From positions 186,001-250,000 of the forward strand of contig CT868085.1 in assembly GCA_000165425.1 (NCBI GenBank): a DNA stretch of 64,000 bases. Reading direction: 5' to 3'. Under the pieces are notes generated by a model. The model ran no database searches, was not told the origin of the DNA, and saw only the letters and a program-made list of their open reading frames with translations. Position 1 is the first letter of the stretch. Each line of letters starts with the position of its first letter. Position numbers and translations under genes: made by a program. This document shows positions 27,603 to 40,032 of the stretch, piece after piece. Origin of the DNA: Paramecium tetraurelia. Lineage: Eukaryota.

Positions 27603-28371
27603 AATTAATTATTTTTATAATTCATTTATTTTAGTTCGTACTACTCTTTCAATAAGATAGTATCTCATCTCGCTTACTTTATCTAATTAAATTGGATCAA
27701 CCCATGTAGCTTACTTATTGATTTATTTTAACTTTATCATTCTCTCAAATGTCAGAAAGTAAATTATATAATGTGAGTAAACAGATTTTGTTTAGAATAA
27801 AAATATGCATATTTAGAAATTACAACAATAACATTTTTGTTAAAGCCTAATTAAAAAATAACAATAAAGAAATTTGAGCGTTGCAACTATTTTGAAAGTC
27901 TCCCTATTTATAATTATCATTTGAATTACGGATTGTTTCCCAAATAAAGTCACGCTATCTAATATCACCTTACAAGGAATACTTTAAGTAAAGCTACAAA
28001 AAAGACATTAGGTAAACGACTTAATTGAACTAATTCCAAAATGGTTTTAAGATAGAATTCCACCAGATTTACATAAGCAAAAATCCAACTCAGCCTCTCA
28101 TTAATCCAGATGTAATTAATAGATCACTTTATCTTCCGTGTGAATTTTATCAGATATATCTGATGTCAATGATTCCCTACTATCCCTGTAAAAAGAACAA
28201 GATGGCATTCTCTTAAACATTTTGACAATAGTCTGCATTCTCATATTAAAGCTTAAATTTATAATTATTTTTGTCTTATTTCATTTTTTTATAATTATTT
28301 TTCCTCTCTTTTATTTCATTTTATTATCAATAATATACAAAACTTAGAATAAAAATATCCATATTCAAAAT

Positions 28372-29586
28372 ATGCAAAATTTCATACCTCGCTACTTCTA
28401 TTATCAAAAATTAAGTCAACATATGGTATTATTAAATTTAACTAGAAAATTAGAAAAACTTTGGATCGTGAAAATAGAAAACCTAAGAAATGGCTATAAA
28501 ATTACTTTGTTCCATTTATTCCAAAATGGACTCAGAGAATTGTTGACAACAAAAAGAAATCTATCTTTTTTCTTCTTTGTTTGGGATTGTTCACTTATTA
28601 CGAAGGATTCTAATGTAAAATCGCATTTTTATTATTTTCAGATCTGCACCATAAAATACTTTATCGAGAGCCTTTTAAAAGCAAATTGGATAGATGGATT
28701 TTCAAAGTTAAAAATCTACCAAAGTAATCCTTAGTAGAATTCTAACCAATTACAACTCTGAACCAGAATACTATAGAGTAATTGAAAGAGATATATTTAA
28801 AATATGAATCGGAAATGAAATATGGAATGTCTCGTAAATTAATGTTTGAGGTTTATGAATCTCTTAATTTGTTCTAAAAGGATGAGGAGAGAATCGGATT
28901 CTATAGACAATCAGGATATTATAAAAAGGTAATTTCTACCTTATATAAAATTAATAGAGAAATTAAAAGGTTTCAAGCGTGCATTTCCAATAATTTGTGA
29001 AAATATTCGAGGATGCTTTGAAAAAATTGAATAAAAAAGGGAATACAATTACAGAATCAGAATTAGTTTCCTAATTTATTTAATTATGTTCAGATAAACA
29101 GAGTGAAGTAAGAATTCATCAAATTATTATTATAGATTTAGAAATGGGAGAACAAAATCTAATAGAAGCGAGCAGAGTTTGTAAAATTGCTTCCTGAGTT
29201 GCAAGATTAAAAATAGGCGTTAATTAGGTAGATGCTAAGTGAGAATCCATATGTAACTGAAGAGCACATTCAATAGGAAGTAAGGTCTTATAGTGATTTC
29301 ATTTTAGCTTGAGAACAAGGGACTCTATGGTTTGGGAACGAAGGATAAACTATAGATTTATGATCTTCAGTTGTCACTTCATAAAGTTCTGTTGGATAGC
29401 AAAAAGGCAAAATTATACAATAGCATGCTTTTCGGGTAGTCGACTTTGAGTGCGCAAAAGGAGAAAAAGTTGAGGGACAAGATAATGATTGAGGAGGAGA
29501 AGGTGAATCAACTTCAAGCCAAGAGAAATGAAGTTGCTGAAAAGTTTAAGGTGTTATTTAAGAAATAAGAGATATTTGATATTTGA
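28372..29586 (+). CDS. Hypothetical single-TM protein, possibly mitochondrial
   Basis: MQNFIPRYFYYQKLSQHM, 20-nt intron, KIRKTLDRE..KKSIFFLLCLGLFTYYEGF; frame open through several tiny introns to TGA 29584-29586. Confidence 0.65.
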
Positions 29587-29609
29587 TTAATAAAATAATA
29601 AAAAATTAA

Positions 29610-30522
29610 ATGTCTGAGGAACAGTAAGAATTCGAGGGTTAGGAAGGATAAGAAGGATAAGAGGGATAAGAGGGATAGAATGAGGGATAACATGAATAAT
29701 AATAACAATAATAACAATAATAAAGTCAAACATAACAAAAATAAAAGCCTGTTGTCCCTAAAAGTGATCCTCCTCCTGAAGGGGCAATCATAATTGATTT
29801 TGAGGTTTGTATGGATTGTGCTTCTCATGCTTGGTGTACTCATCATGACGAAAATAAATACACTTAATTGTATTTGGATTGCATGGCAGGTATTCAATAC
29901 ACAATTAAATCTAGAAATTCATGCATAAATTCCAAATTCCTATTGCACTTATAATGCTAAGAAAAAACCCTCAACAGGAGCTTTTGAAATTTCTCATAAA
30001 GGTAAACAGTTATATAAATTATTAGGGGTTATTATTTTTTCAAAGAGAAATTCTTAGCTGTTTCCTTAACCTAAGTTGCTACCAGAAAGAATTAGACAAT
30101 TCTTAGATGATGTGGAAAATAAAAGAGATGTCACTAAATGGGCTACAAAAAAAGAAATAAAATAAGAGTAACCAAGACAAATCAAGGAAAGACCAACTTT
30201 CTAAACATACATGAAACAAAGAGAAGAGTAGGAGAGATTGGCAAAAGAATAAAAGCAAAGATAGGACGAAGAAATCAGGTTGAAATAAGAACAAGATGAA
30301 AGAGATAAGTAAGAAAGAGAAAGATAGGAGGAGGAACAAAGGAAAATAGAGGAAGAAAAAAGAAGATAGGAAGAATAGAGATTGGCTGAGGAAAAGGCAG
30401 CTGCTGAGGAAAAGGCTAGATAGGAATAAGAGTAAAGAGAACTTGAATAGTAATAAGAAGAAGCTAATAAATAAAACCAAGAGTAGGAGTAACAATAAGA
30501 AGGAGAAAAGTAACCAGAATGA
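29610..30522 (+). CDS. Rdx (SelW/SelT/SelH-like thioredoxin fold) domain protein with E/Q/K coiled-coil tail
   Basis: IIIDFEVCMDCASHAWCTHHDENKY..KPSTGAFEISHK..IIFSKRNSQLFP matches the Rdx GxFEV/FSK/FP signature; EGQ repeats at the N-terminus. Confidence 0.75.
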
Positions 30523-30770
30523 ACACATTCAAAGTAAGCAGAATGAGATTATAACATTAAATAAAACTATTTGTTAATTCTTTTTAGTATCATGGAATCC
30601 AAGTGCTATTTCTGAGTGTGGATGGCATGGATGGAGTTTTAATTAAAGACAAAGTAAAATTTAAAGTATAAATAATAAGAGAGACTATTGCTTAATTATT
30701 GGATACTTTAATTATCAATCTTCATTTTAAACATAATTGATTTAAAAATATTATTATTTTTAAGTTTTAC

Positions 30771-33322
30771 ATGTAGTAGTAGAAACTTCAATCTACTTGT
30801 CCTCATTTTCAGAGGATTTTACTTTAAAGAAGCATTCCTCAAGTTCATAAATCTCTCTCTAAATTATTGGTATTGCTTATTAATGAATTTAGGTGTTATT
30901 CAAGAATAAGTAAGTTAAATGTGATGTTTGTCAAAGAAAACAAGATTATCTGAATATTTGTTTGAAATGCGAAAAGCCATTGTGTGACATAGAAAAAATA
31001 TGTTCTGCAGAGCATCTAAGATGTAAAAATTTTGATTATATTATTAGTAAATAGTCCTGAACATTGTGTGATAATTAATATCCACTCAAATTTAATTGCA
31101 TGTCTGATGTGTAAAATAGAAATTTATGATTTTGAGCAAACCTTATAAAGTGAAGAAGATCAATTTATTGAAGAAATCATTAATCCTTAAAAAATACGAA
31201 TGGAATATCACAAGTTCTTTTATAAGTAAGAAGCTCAAAATATATAATTTAAAAATCAATAAAATGTTCAGCATGCAGGAATGTTAAACATCTGCAATAA
31301 TAGCCATTTGAACTGTGTTCTATAAATATTACTAAACTATCCTGTCATTTAGTAGATACTTTAAAAAATTAACTCTGAATATGAAATAAATGAATATAGT
31401 TTGAAATCTAATCGCAAATAGATTCTTAGAGAATTAAGTGCCATGGCCTCAATCTATTCATAACATCAGTATAGAATCATAAATCCCTCCAAAGTTATCA
31501 AGAACCTTGCCCAGATAGACTCCAAAATTATTGGATATTCCAGAAAAGATGCTTATGTATTCATCATTTAAATTCAATTAGGATGCTTTCAAGACAGTTA
31601 TCAACTTTTTAAATGAAGAATTCAAATTTTCAAATTTGAAAGGATACTTTAAAAGTAACTTGATCTACACAAAACAAGCTCTAGGACATGATTGGAACAT
31701 AATGTACACTCTAAAAAGTAGTTAGTGCTGATCCTAGTTTATATATGGAATATTCCTTTATTCAAAGTATATTCTCTGGAGAGCTTATTTCTAACCTACA
31801 ATGCTTGAATTGTAAGAAAATTACAAAGTCTGTTGAATAATTTTCAGCGTTATCCCTAGAGCTCCCAGAAATAAAGCAACAAGGATTCTTTAAATAATTT
31901 GTCAATAATCAGAAACAATCTATTTCCTTATAAGAGTGTCTTGATTATTTTTATGAGCCAGTGATCGATTCATTAACTCTTTGCAGTTGTGGTGCAAGAT
32001 CAGGTAAGAGACAATATAGTTTTTAATAATAATCCAATTTGTTATGTATTCATCTACAAAGGTTTCTGAATAAAAATTAAAAGGACACCAAACATGTATC
32101 ATTTCCAATTAAGGATCATAACTTTTAAGAATACTTTAACGTATCATTTCATTTAATAAATAATAGTTGGATAGTGAATAGAATTATCGACTTTTCGGTA
32201 TTATTGTGCATTTACACGATTAAGGAGGTGATCATTTTGAGACCATATTGAAATATCAAAACTCACAATTTCTTAGCATCAAGGATGAAATTATTGAAAT
32301 AGTATCATAAAAATATGTAGAAGAATGTGAAGCTTTATTATTATTTTATGAAAAGGTAGATAATTAGGTAGATCTATTTAAAACAAGTCTTCGAAAAAAT
32401 CTGCAAAACTAGCATAATATGATAGCCAATCAGGAGTTATAATTGAAAGATGAAGACCAATGCTATTTACCCCATTTCTGGTTTGAGTAATTTTTGCATC
32501 TTGCTAAACCACCTTCAATTATAACATCTCATTTAATTTGCCCTCATAACCTCTTAAAGCCAGATTATTGGGATTTTAGAATAGAATACGAAGTAACATT
32601 GCATATTTATATAAGAATGCTAAATCAGCTTAGTACAATTCTCAATTAGATACTAATACAAGTTTCATTACTATAGGAGAAGTGTAAAACTCTAATTCTC
32701 CTGCTTATATCTAGGAAAGTTCTGCCTAAAAATAACTCTAACTCACATCAATCATAATCCCAAAAGCAGTTTGCGAATTTTTAATTGAAAAATATGGTGG
32801 AGGTCCAATCATTCAGAAGAATATCAAAACGTGTAGTACTTGTATAGAATATGCATAATAAATGAGTAGAAGAAGGAAATTAGAAAGACAATTAATAATT
32901 AAATATGAAAGCCTTCAAGGATATGACAGAATATTTGTTGTTCATGAGGAATGGTTAAAGAAATGGCAAACATATCTTTATAATTCAAAATAGATTTTAC
33001 AAAGAAATAATTTATTTGGTTATCCTCCTCCAGGAGAAATAACTAATTACTTATTGTTAGATAAAGATTAATAGATCATCTAATAAAAAAAGGAAGGCTA
33101 ACATTTCCATATGATCACTGCTCCTATATGGCATATATTATAAGAAATTTACGGAGGAGGTTAGATATTTAATTTAAGTTAGGACCCACAATTTCTATTA
33201 ATCCTCATTAATAATAATATGAACCTTTTAAACTATAAACAGATGATCTATTTTAGATAAAAGAGATCAAAACGTTATATCAAAATTGTATCAATCAGTA
33301 CAAATAGGAAATTTAGCAATGA
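30771..33322 (+). CDS. USP20/USP33-like ubiquitin-specific protease (zf-UBP, USP, 2 DUSP domains); catalytic Cys apparently replaced by Ser
   Basis: CPH..CDVC..ICLKC zf-UBP; Cys box GMLNICNNSHLNCVLQ; His box YRLFGIIVH..GDHF; DUSP motifs KYGGGP, PPGEITN, IYGGGP. Confidence 0.85.
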
Positions 33323-33803
33323 TACAAATGTTTATGAATTTTATAAATTATATAAGATAAAAATAAATCAAATCTATAAAATAAAGCAATGTATTTAAAA
33401 TTGTTATTTCCCGAATAATTTATTATTTTTACATAATTCTTTTGTAAATCCTAATACTATATACTTTAGATTTTGTTTTAGAAAATGGCTATTGTATTGA
33501 ATTTATAAATTTTTATATAAAAAACGATCAGATTTTTTGTTTAAATAAATTACACTTGTGTTTGTTAATTTTATTAAAATCTTCTGATTTATACTAAATG
33601 GGATCTACCGCATTGATTTATGTAATTAAATCTAGTTTTTAGACATTACTCTTTAATGTATTTATTGGCTAATTTAATTTTAAATTATAAAACTTTTAGA
33701 ATCCTTTTAGGAATATTATTATGGCTTAGTTTTCATAATTTTATTATTTGATGCCAATTCATTAATTTTATTAAATCAAATATTTTCAGGTAATATCAAA
33801 GCG

Positions 33804-35141
33804 ATGGGGAATTGTTGCAATGGTGGAGGATAAGTTATGGAAAGAAATGTGTAGATAGATGTAGGTTAAAATATCTCGGAGAAAACAGCAAATTAGGATA
33901 TACTTAATAAAAAGGCTATAATAATATAAGGTATTTTTGATATGCAAGTCAAGCTCATTGTAGAGGTCATTTAGTTAGAAAGAAAGTGAAAAAAATATAG
34001 GAATAGGACAAAACTGGGAATAAAAAGTCCTAAAATAGTTAAAGTAAGGGAAAGAACATTAACAATAATCAAAATCTATAAAATAATAGAAGTGCTCATG
34101 AATCTAAAGAGGAAAACTATTAAAATTAGTCTGATTAAACTAGAATTCATGCTCCAAGCGAAAAATGTAAGAAACTAGATAGAATGCCAGATTATTTGAC
34201 TTCTAAAACTAAATCAGTATTTAAAGTATTTAGGTTAGGTTTTAAGTTCAATCGAAGCCTTTGTATATGATTAGGACAAGGATGAATTTAAAGAATTACC
34301 ATTTTTAGAACCTTATGAATTAGACGGTGGTAGTGTTTATAAAGGATAATGGAAGAATGGGTAAGTTTTAAATTGAAAGTAATTTTAGACTTCGACATGG
34401 TAGAGGAATCTAAATTTGGCAAGATGGCTCAATGTATGAAGGATATTGGTACCAGAATGTTGCTTGTGGAAAGGGAAGATTGATTCATGCTGATGGAGAT
34501 AAATATGAGGGAGATTGGAGAAATGACAAAGCACATGGATTCGTAAATATACGAATCAATATTATAGGGTATATATGTGCATATGGATGGAGCCTAATAT
34601 GTGGGATATTGGGAAGAAGATAAATAGAATGGACATGGGAAAGAAATATGGCCAGATGGTGCTTGCTATGAAGGATAATATAAGAATGGGAAGAAACATG
34701 GCAAGGGAACATTTAAATGGGCTGATGGATCTGTATATGTTGGTGAATTCGATTAAAATAATATTCATGGAAAAGGAGAATACTAATGGGAGGACAACAG
34801 GAAGTATGTTGGAGAATGGAAAAATAATAAAATGGATGGAAAAGGAGTAAACATTTAAATTATAATAAGGTGTTCACTTGGTTGGATGGTAGGAAATATG
34901 AAGGAGAATATAAAGACGATAAGAAGCATGGATACGGGGAGTTTCAATGGCCTGATGGAAGGGTAATTGCATTTCATTATATCACTAGATGTATAAAGGA
35001 TAATGGGCGAATGGGAAATAACATGGTATCGGAATTTATATTGGCTCTTCGAAAGTTGAAAAGGAAGGAGAGTGGTAAGATGGGAAGAGAATACGTTGGA
35101 TTAAGAAAGGGGGATAACCCACTAAAGAGGAAGGAAATTGA
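33804..35141 (+). CDS. MORN-repeat protein with IQ motif and N-terminal acylation signal
   Basis: MGNCC start; [13 protein letters not shown]; about 9-10 YxGxWxxxxxHGxG repeats; multiple tiny introns. Confidence 0.92.
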
Positions 35142-35408
35142 AATTCACTAAGTTTATTATCATTTTTATTGTTCAATTAACTTATATAAATGTAAATTTA
35201 TAAATCCATGATTTAGAATTGCAATGTCATATTGAAAGAAATTAACTAAGAAATTGAATGCAGTTAATATATATAATTTAATAATAGAACCCCCTTGTAT
35301 TTACAACTATTCAACTTCATTTTTTAATCTCTTATATGCAAATTATTTAATAATACATTATGAAAAAAAATGAAAAAGTTGAACTACTGTTGTGTAATTT
35401 TTAAACTG

Positions 35409-36944
35409 ATGTTGTACAATAGGAAAAGCTCAATTATCAAAATCAGACAACTCATCTCTAATCACAAGAAAATTATGTTCTATAAACCATTTTGAGAATC
35501 GAAAATAACACCCAAGTCCCTACAAATAACGAATCTCACTGTAAGGTGACTGTTAAATGTATGACATTGCTTTGATATCATAAGAATCTTAATAAGAAAA
35601 TAAAGAAGCCTATTTAGAAAATCATAAGAAGTTCTCAGAATAATCTTCATTGAAAACTGATTATCTATCATCAGATTGTCATTAGTAAAAAAACTAATAA
35701 TGGATGCATAAATCCTCCTCGTTGACTCAAATCTATCCTTCTTTGGACGATAACTTAACTTGTATTTCATAAACGTCATCAGTGTATTTGATTATTATAA
35801 TTTTTCAGTATTTCAGTGAAAGAACCAAAGATACCAATTGAAACAAACAAGAAAATTAAGAAACGAAAGAACCATGCTCATAGAAATCTTAAAACAGCTG
35901 TCAGTAGAAAATAGATTGAAATGAAATGTCAAACCGAAAAAAGACCAGAAAAATCGACTGGGTAGCTTTTACACTATTTACATGAGAAAGATGTAAAAAT
36001 TCCAATTCCATCAATTGAAACCATTATACAATAAGAAGCTCTTTTGAGTGAATAAAGTAAATATTAGTTTCATTCTTTATTTTAGTTCTTTCCTATTCAA
36101 ACTATTAATACTATATGCACAATTTGATTGGCTATCTAATGGGATCTTTGAAAGACTCTTTTATGGCTTAAATGTACATAAACCATTTCTCTCAATTATA
36201 CAGTAATCTGTAAAAATCAAAATTAATTGTGTGCCCATAACAATATTCATTTTCCATCAAAATTTAGCCATAAAAAAGTATATATAATTTAAATAAATTA
36301 AGAAATATAGAAGACTTTGATAATAGATTTAGATGAAACATTAGTACATTGTAATGAATTTAGTTGTTTAAAGAGTGATTTTTTCATTCCATTAGTTTAT
36401 GGTGATAAAAGCTTTTAGGTATATCTCAAATCGATTTTAGGTTGGCATAAGCATAAGACCTCACGCATAATAATTCTTAAGGAATATGGCTAAGGTCTAT
36501 GAGATCATAGTATTCACTGCATCAAATCCAGACTATGCGAACAAAATTATTGACTATCTAGATCCAGAACAAAACCTTGTATCCTATAGGTTGTTTCGAG
36601 ACGATTGCATTCAAATATCAAATAATTGTCACATTAAAGACCTAAGAATTCTTAATAGGAATATGTAAGATATTGTCTTAGTTGATAATTCTGCTTACTC
36701 CTTTGCTTTTTAAATTGATAATGGAATTCCAATCATACCATATCTTGATAACAAGAATGACAAAGTATGAATAAGGCTTATTATTCAATAGGAATTATTA
36801 CATTTGGAAAATTACCTCCATTATGTGAATCAATTTGATGATGTTCGTAGTTAAAACAATAAGATGTTTAATTTGAAAATAGTGTAAAATTGCATTTCAA
36901 TAGCAGAGGCTATTAAATGCTTAGCAGCCTCAATCTCAAAGTGA
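35409..36944 (+). CDS. CTD small phosphatase-like (FCP1/SCP/NIF, HAD family) phosphatase
   Basis: KTLIIDLDETLVHC, IRPH, YEIIVFTASNPDYA, YRLFRDDC, IKDLRILNR, IVLVDNS..NGIPI. Confidence 0.92.
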
Positions 36945-37026
36945 TAAATTGTATGAAGAAAATCATTGATAATTAATTATTATTATGTTTATTATTCCAG
37001 TTAGGGATTAAATATATATATATAAT

Positions 37027-37860
37027 ATGAAAAAAAATCAAATATATTCTAAAAGTATAAACATCATAAGAGATCGTTAATAAGATTATAAACCTTCCTA
37101 ACATTCAGCATCAAAGTCTAAATAAGAATCAGATGAGGAGAATAGAAAAATGTACTCCTCCTAAATAATGAAATAGGATATCAGGAAATAGGTGATTAAA
37201 ATTCAGAATCATGGTCATCAATAATATTGAGCCAATACATAAGTGCATCCATAATAGCCAAAGAAGAATGGTATTTTAAATATACGCAGAAAAGGTATAT
37301 CGCTATCCTTCATTATCTTTTAGATTAATAATAATAACATCAATAAGCAGGATCATTTCCTTTATACATTAGAAATATTAGAGAAGGATCCACTTCAAGC
37401 GACTTAAAATAATTAATAAATGACGATGGCAATATATTGGGAGTCTAAGTAAGGCAATCTAGTAATTTAGGTTAATGCTAAATTAGCCACCATCACATTT
37501 TCGAATTAATAATCAGCTGATTAAGCAATTTGGATTTTATATTTGATATTGTTTGCTTAGAACTTATAAATAATTACAAAGACAAAGGATATCAAATGAG
37601 TGCTGTCCCAAATTATTAACAATCTAGCAAAGTCATCGTATTGGGATAGTACTAATCAGGAAGAGGATTCAAAGAGGAGGGAAGACTTAGAATGGATGCC
37701 AAAGAATCAATATTTGAACGAATACAAATAAATAGTAGTGAGGCATTCAGTCGAGTTCAATTTATTTCTATAAATAAAAACAATATTTAAATGGACAACT
37801 TATTCTAAATGGAAGTAGACTCAATTCCATTTGTTAGGATTGCTGAGGAACGAAGACAGC
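37027..37860 (+). pseudogene. RRM-like gene, apparently disrupted (or with unusual splicing)
   Basis: LATITFSNQQSADQAI..LINNYKDKGYQMSAV is RRM-like, but joining it needs an intron starting GG rather than GT; I could not build a clean frame elsewhere either. Confidence 0.35.
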
Positions 37861-37909
37861 AAACTATAAAAATAATATTATATTACAAATATTTATATAT
37901 ATTTAAATT

Positions 37910-39285
37910 ATGATATAATAGTAACGATAGGTGTTGAATGATAATGATTTGCATACAATAATATACAAGGGCGAAATTGGTATCAATCAATTACTCATTT
38001 CTAGATTGTCAGGTATGCATATATTGGATGCACTCTCTGTTGCCAATTTCCATAGTCCTGATGCCTAGATCAAAGAACATTTGTATAAAACTGCCAAATA
38101 GAATTACAAGTCAGATTAAGAACTCCCAAAGTTAATGTAGAGATATGAACTATCTTTGGCAATAATAGAAAATGATTCGCTTAATGCAAAAGTAATTTTC
38201 ATCACAAATTAATTTTTAGTAATATATATCCCTTTATGCAACAATCATGAAAACTAAGATTAAAGAGTTCTACACAAATTAGAAGAACCAGCTATTTAGT
38301 AATGTTTATGTTCCTCCAAAATATTCCAGAACTTTAAATATATTCTGTTATAGTCCTAAATCAACAGGTTATTTGGCCTTGGTTTCAACAGTGTAGATGA
38401 ATACATTAATTGCAATGGAGGAAATGATGGCCTAGCTAGACTAATTGCAATAAGATTAGTTCTACACATTCGATTTGATATTTGAAGATGTAAATCTACC
38501 CTTTAAGCTTTAGAATGTAATACCTTCGATTAATTTTACTCCAGAGAAGGAATAGTAAAAATTGGTTAGAAGACATAAGAAATCGGTATCAGAACATTAA
38601 ATTTTTGATTTTTAGAGGGAATAAAAAGAATAATCAATTATTAACTAAATTTAATCTCTTCCACAAGACAAAGCACGTAACAATATGTATTTATTTTAGT
38701 GTTTTTTTCATAAACAAAATAGCAGTCATTCCTCTAAGATGATTATCAGTTTCCATCATTAGACTAGATTAATTCATTTAAGCCGTTTCCAATTTAAGAA
38801 GATAAGAAAAAAACTGAATAACCCTAATATTAATAATTATCTTTCGATTAGTAGAGATACGAGGAAGGAATTCCCAACATCGATGATTTAGAATTCTTTC
38901 CACCTTTAGATTTGGTATCAACTGCTAGTTGTCCTTCATTGAACAATAAATTGCAGATGACAGATTAAAAGAAACAACCAGCCAATCCTATTTACACTGG
39001 AAGACTTAAATTTTTCGATGAATAAAAGAATTATGGATTTATTGTTATGGATGAAGATAAATCAGATATATTTGTTCATTTAGATGATTTATAAAAGGCG
39101 GGTGTAACTAAAGAGGTTTTGAAAACATCTAAATAAGGCTTATTATTAAGGTATTCTAAATGATACAAAGTAGGTTTTAATTTAATTGTATGGTTTATGT
39201 GGGGAAATACAAAAAATCAAGAAAAGCTGTTGAATTGAAATTACTAGCGAACTAATAAGTGAATAATTTGAAGGGAATTGCCTGA
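37910..39285 (+). CDS. Protein with C-terminal cold-shock domain (RNA-binding)
   Basis: MIQQQRQVLND..; YTGRLKFFDEQKNYGFIVMDEDKSDIFVHLDDL (RNP1 YGFI, RNP2 IFVH); TGA 39283-39285. Confidence 0.82.
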
Positions 39286-39537
39286 TTTAAATAATCAAAT
39301 ATATAGGCATATCAATAAAATTATTAATTTTAGAATCTATTATTATATTATTCACTGATATCTTTCAATGTATCAATCGAAGTATATAACTGACTACTCT
39401 ATCAATCATGATGATATTTTTTAGAATATTATAAATTTATAGATTAAATTAGGATGATTGAAGAAAGAAATGCAAACTAATAATAATGAATCGTTCCTAA
39501 ATAAACATAATTTATCTGATTATAATACTATATTATC

Positions 39538-39889
39538 TCATTTAGCATTCTTCTTGGCCTCTTATTATTTTTTGAGCTAATTAGCATCAACAAAGACAAT
39601 AGTCTTGCATCTCTTAATAACTTTCAACCACTTTAATTTACACTTGACACATTCAAGCCTATTTTCCAAAAAATATATATACTTTAAAGCCACTTTTTTT
39701 GTTGTCTTTGCTTTCTTTCTGAAAATTGGCTTTGTTTATCCACCATACCCAGATTTGTTTCATGTCGTACCTTCTTCTGCCTTAAGCAAATGGGCTTTCC
39801 TTGCTCTTTTTGTATTGAGACACTTTGCAACTTTAATGGCTTCCACATTTTCTGCAATATGTCTTTCTGTTTTTAGGTACGTTCACCAT
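39538..39889 (-). CDS. RPL36A: 60S ribosomal protein L36a/L44 (eL42)
   Basis: [55 protein letters not shown]; 24-nt intron 39659-39682. Confidence 0.97.
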
Positions 39890-40032
39890 TTAATATTTTT
39901 TAAATAAAATTTAATCATTTTTTAAATTACTTTAAGAATAATTAGTGAATGTTAAGCCAATATCCCTATATTAAGGTGACTCATATAGTAATATTTCTAT
40001 AATTACTATGAAATAATATTGTAAGTTCATCA

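Noticed and set aside
27740..28244. Minus-strand frame with a single in-frame TGA (28098-28100), a possible selenoprotein or readthrough
   Set aside because: No redox motif, no recognisable family and no SECIS; competing broken frames on the plus strand suggest a relic
29629..29725. 9-nt (EGQ) and 3-nt (TAA/CAA) tandem repeats
   Set aside because: Ordinary coding low-complexity sequence (Glu-Gly-Gln and poly-Gln); not a CRISPR array or satellite
29514..30528. Leu/Phe-rich minus-strand ORFs (29514-29897, 30103-30528) that look like membrane proteins
   Set aside because: They are antisense shadows of the E/Q/K-rich plus-strand Rdx-like gene
30519..30550. ATGA..AAA..GA hairpin after the Rdx-like gene, resembling a SECIS element
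   Set aside because: Only 8 nt between ATGA and AAA (11-12 expected), it overlaps the stop codon, and the gene has CxxC with no Sec codon
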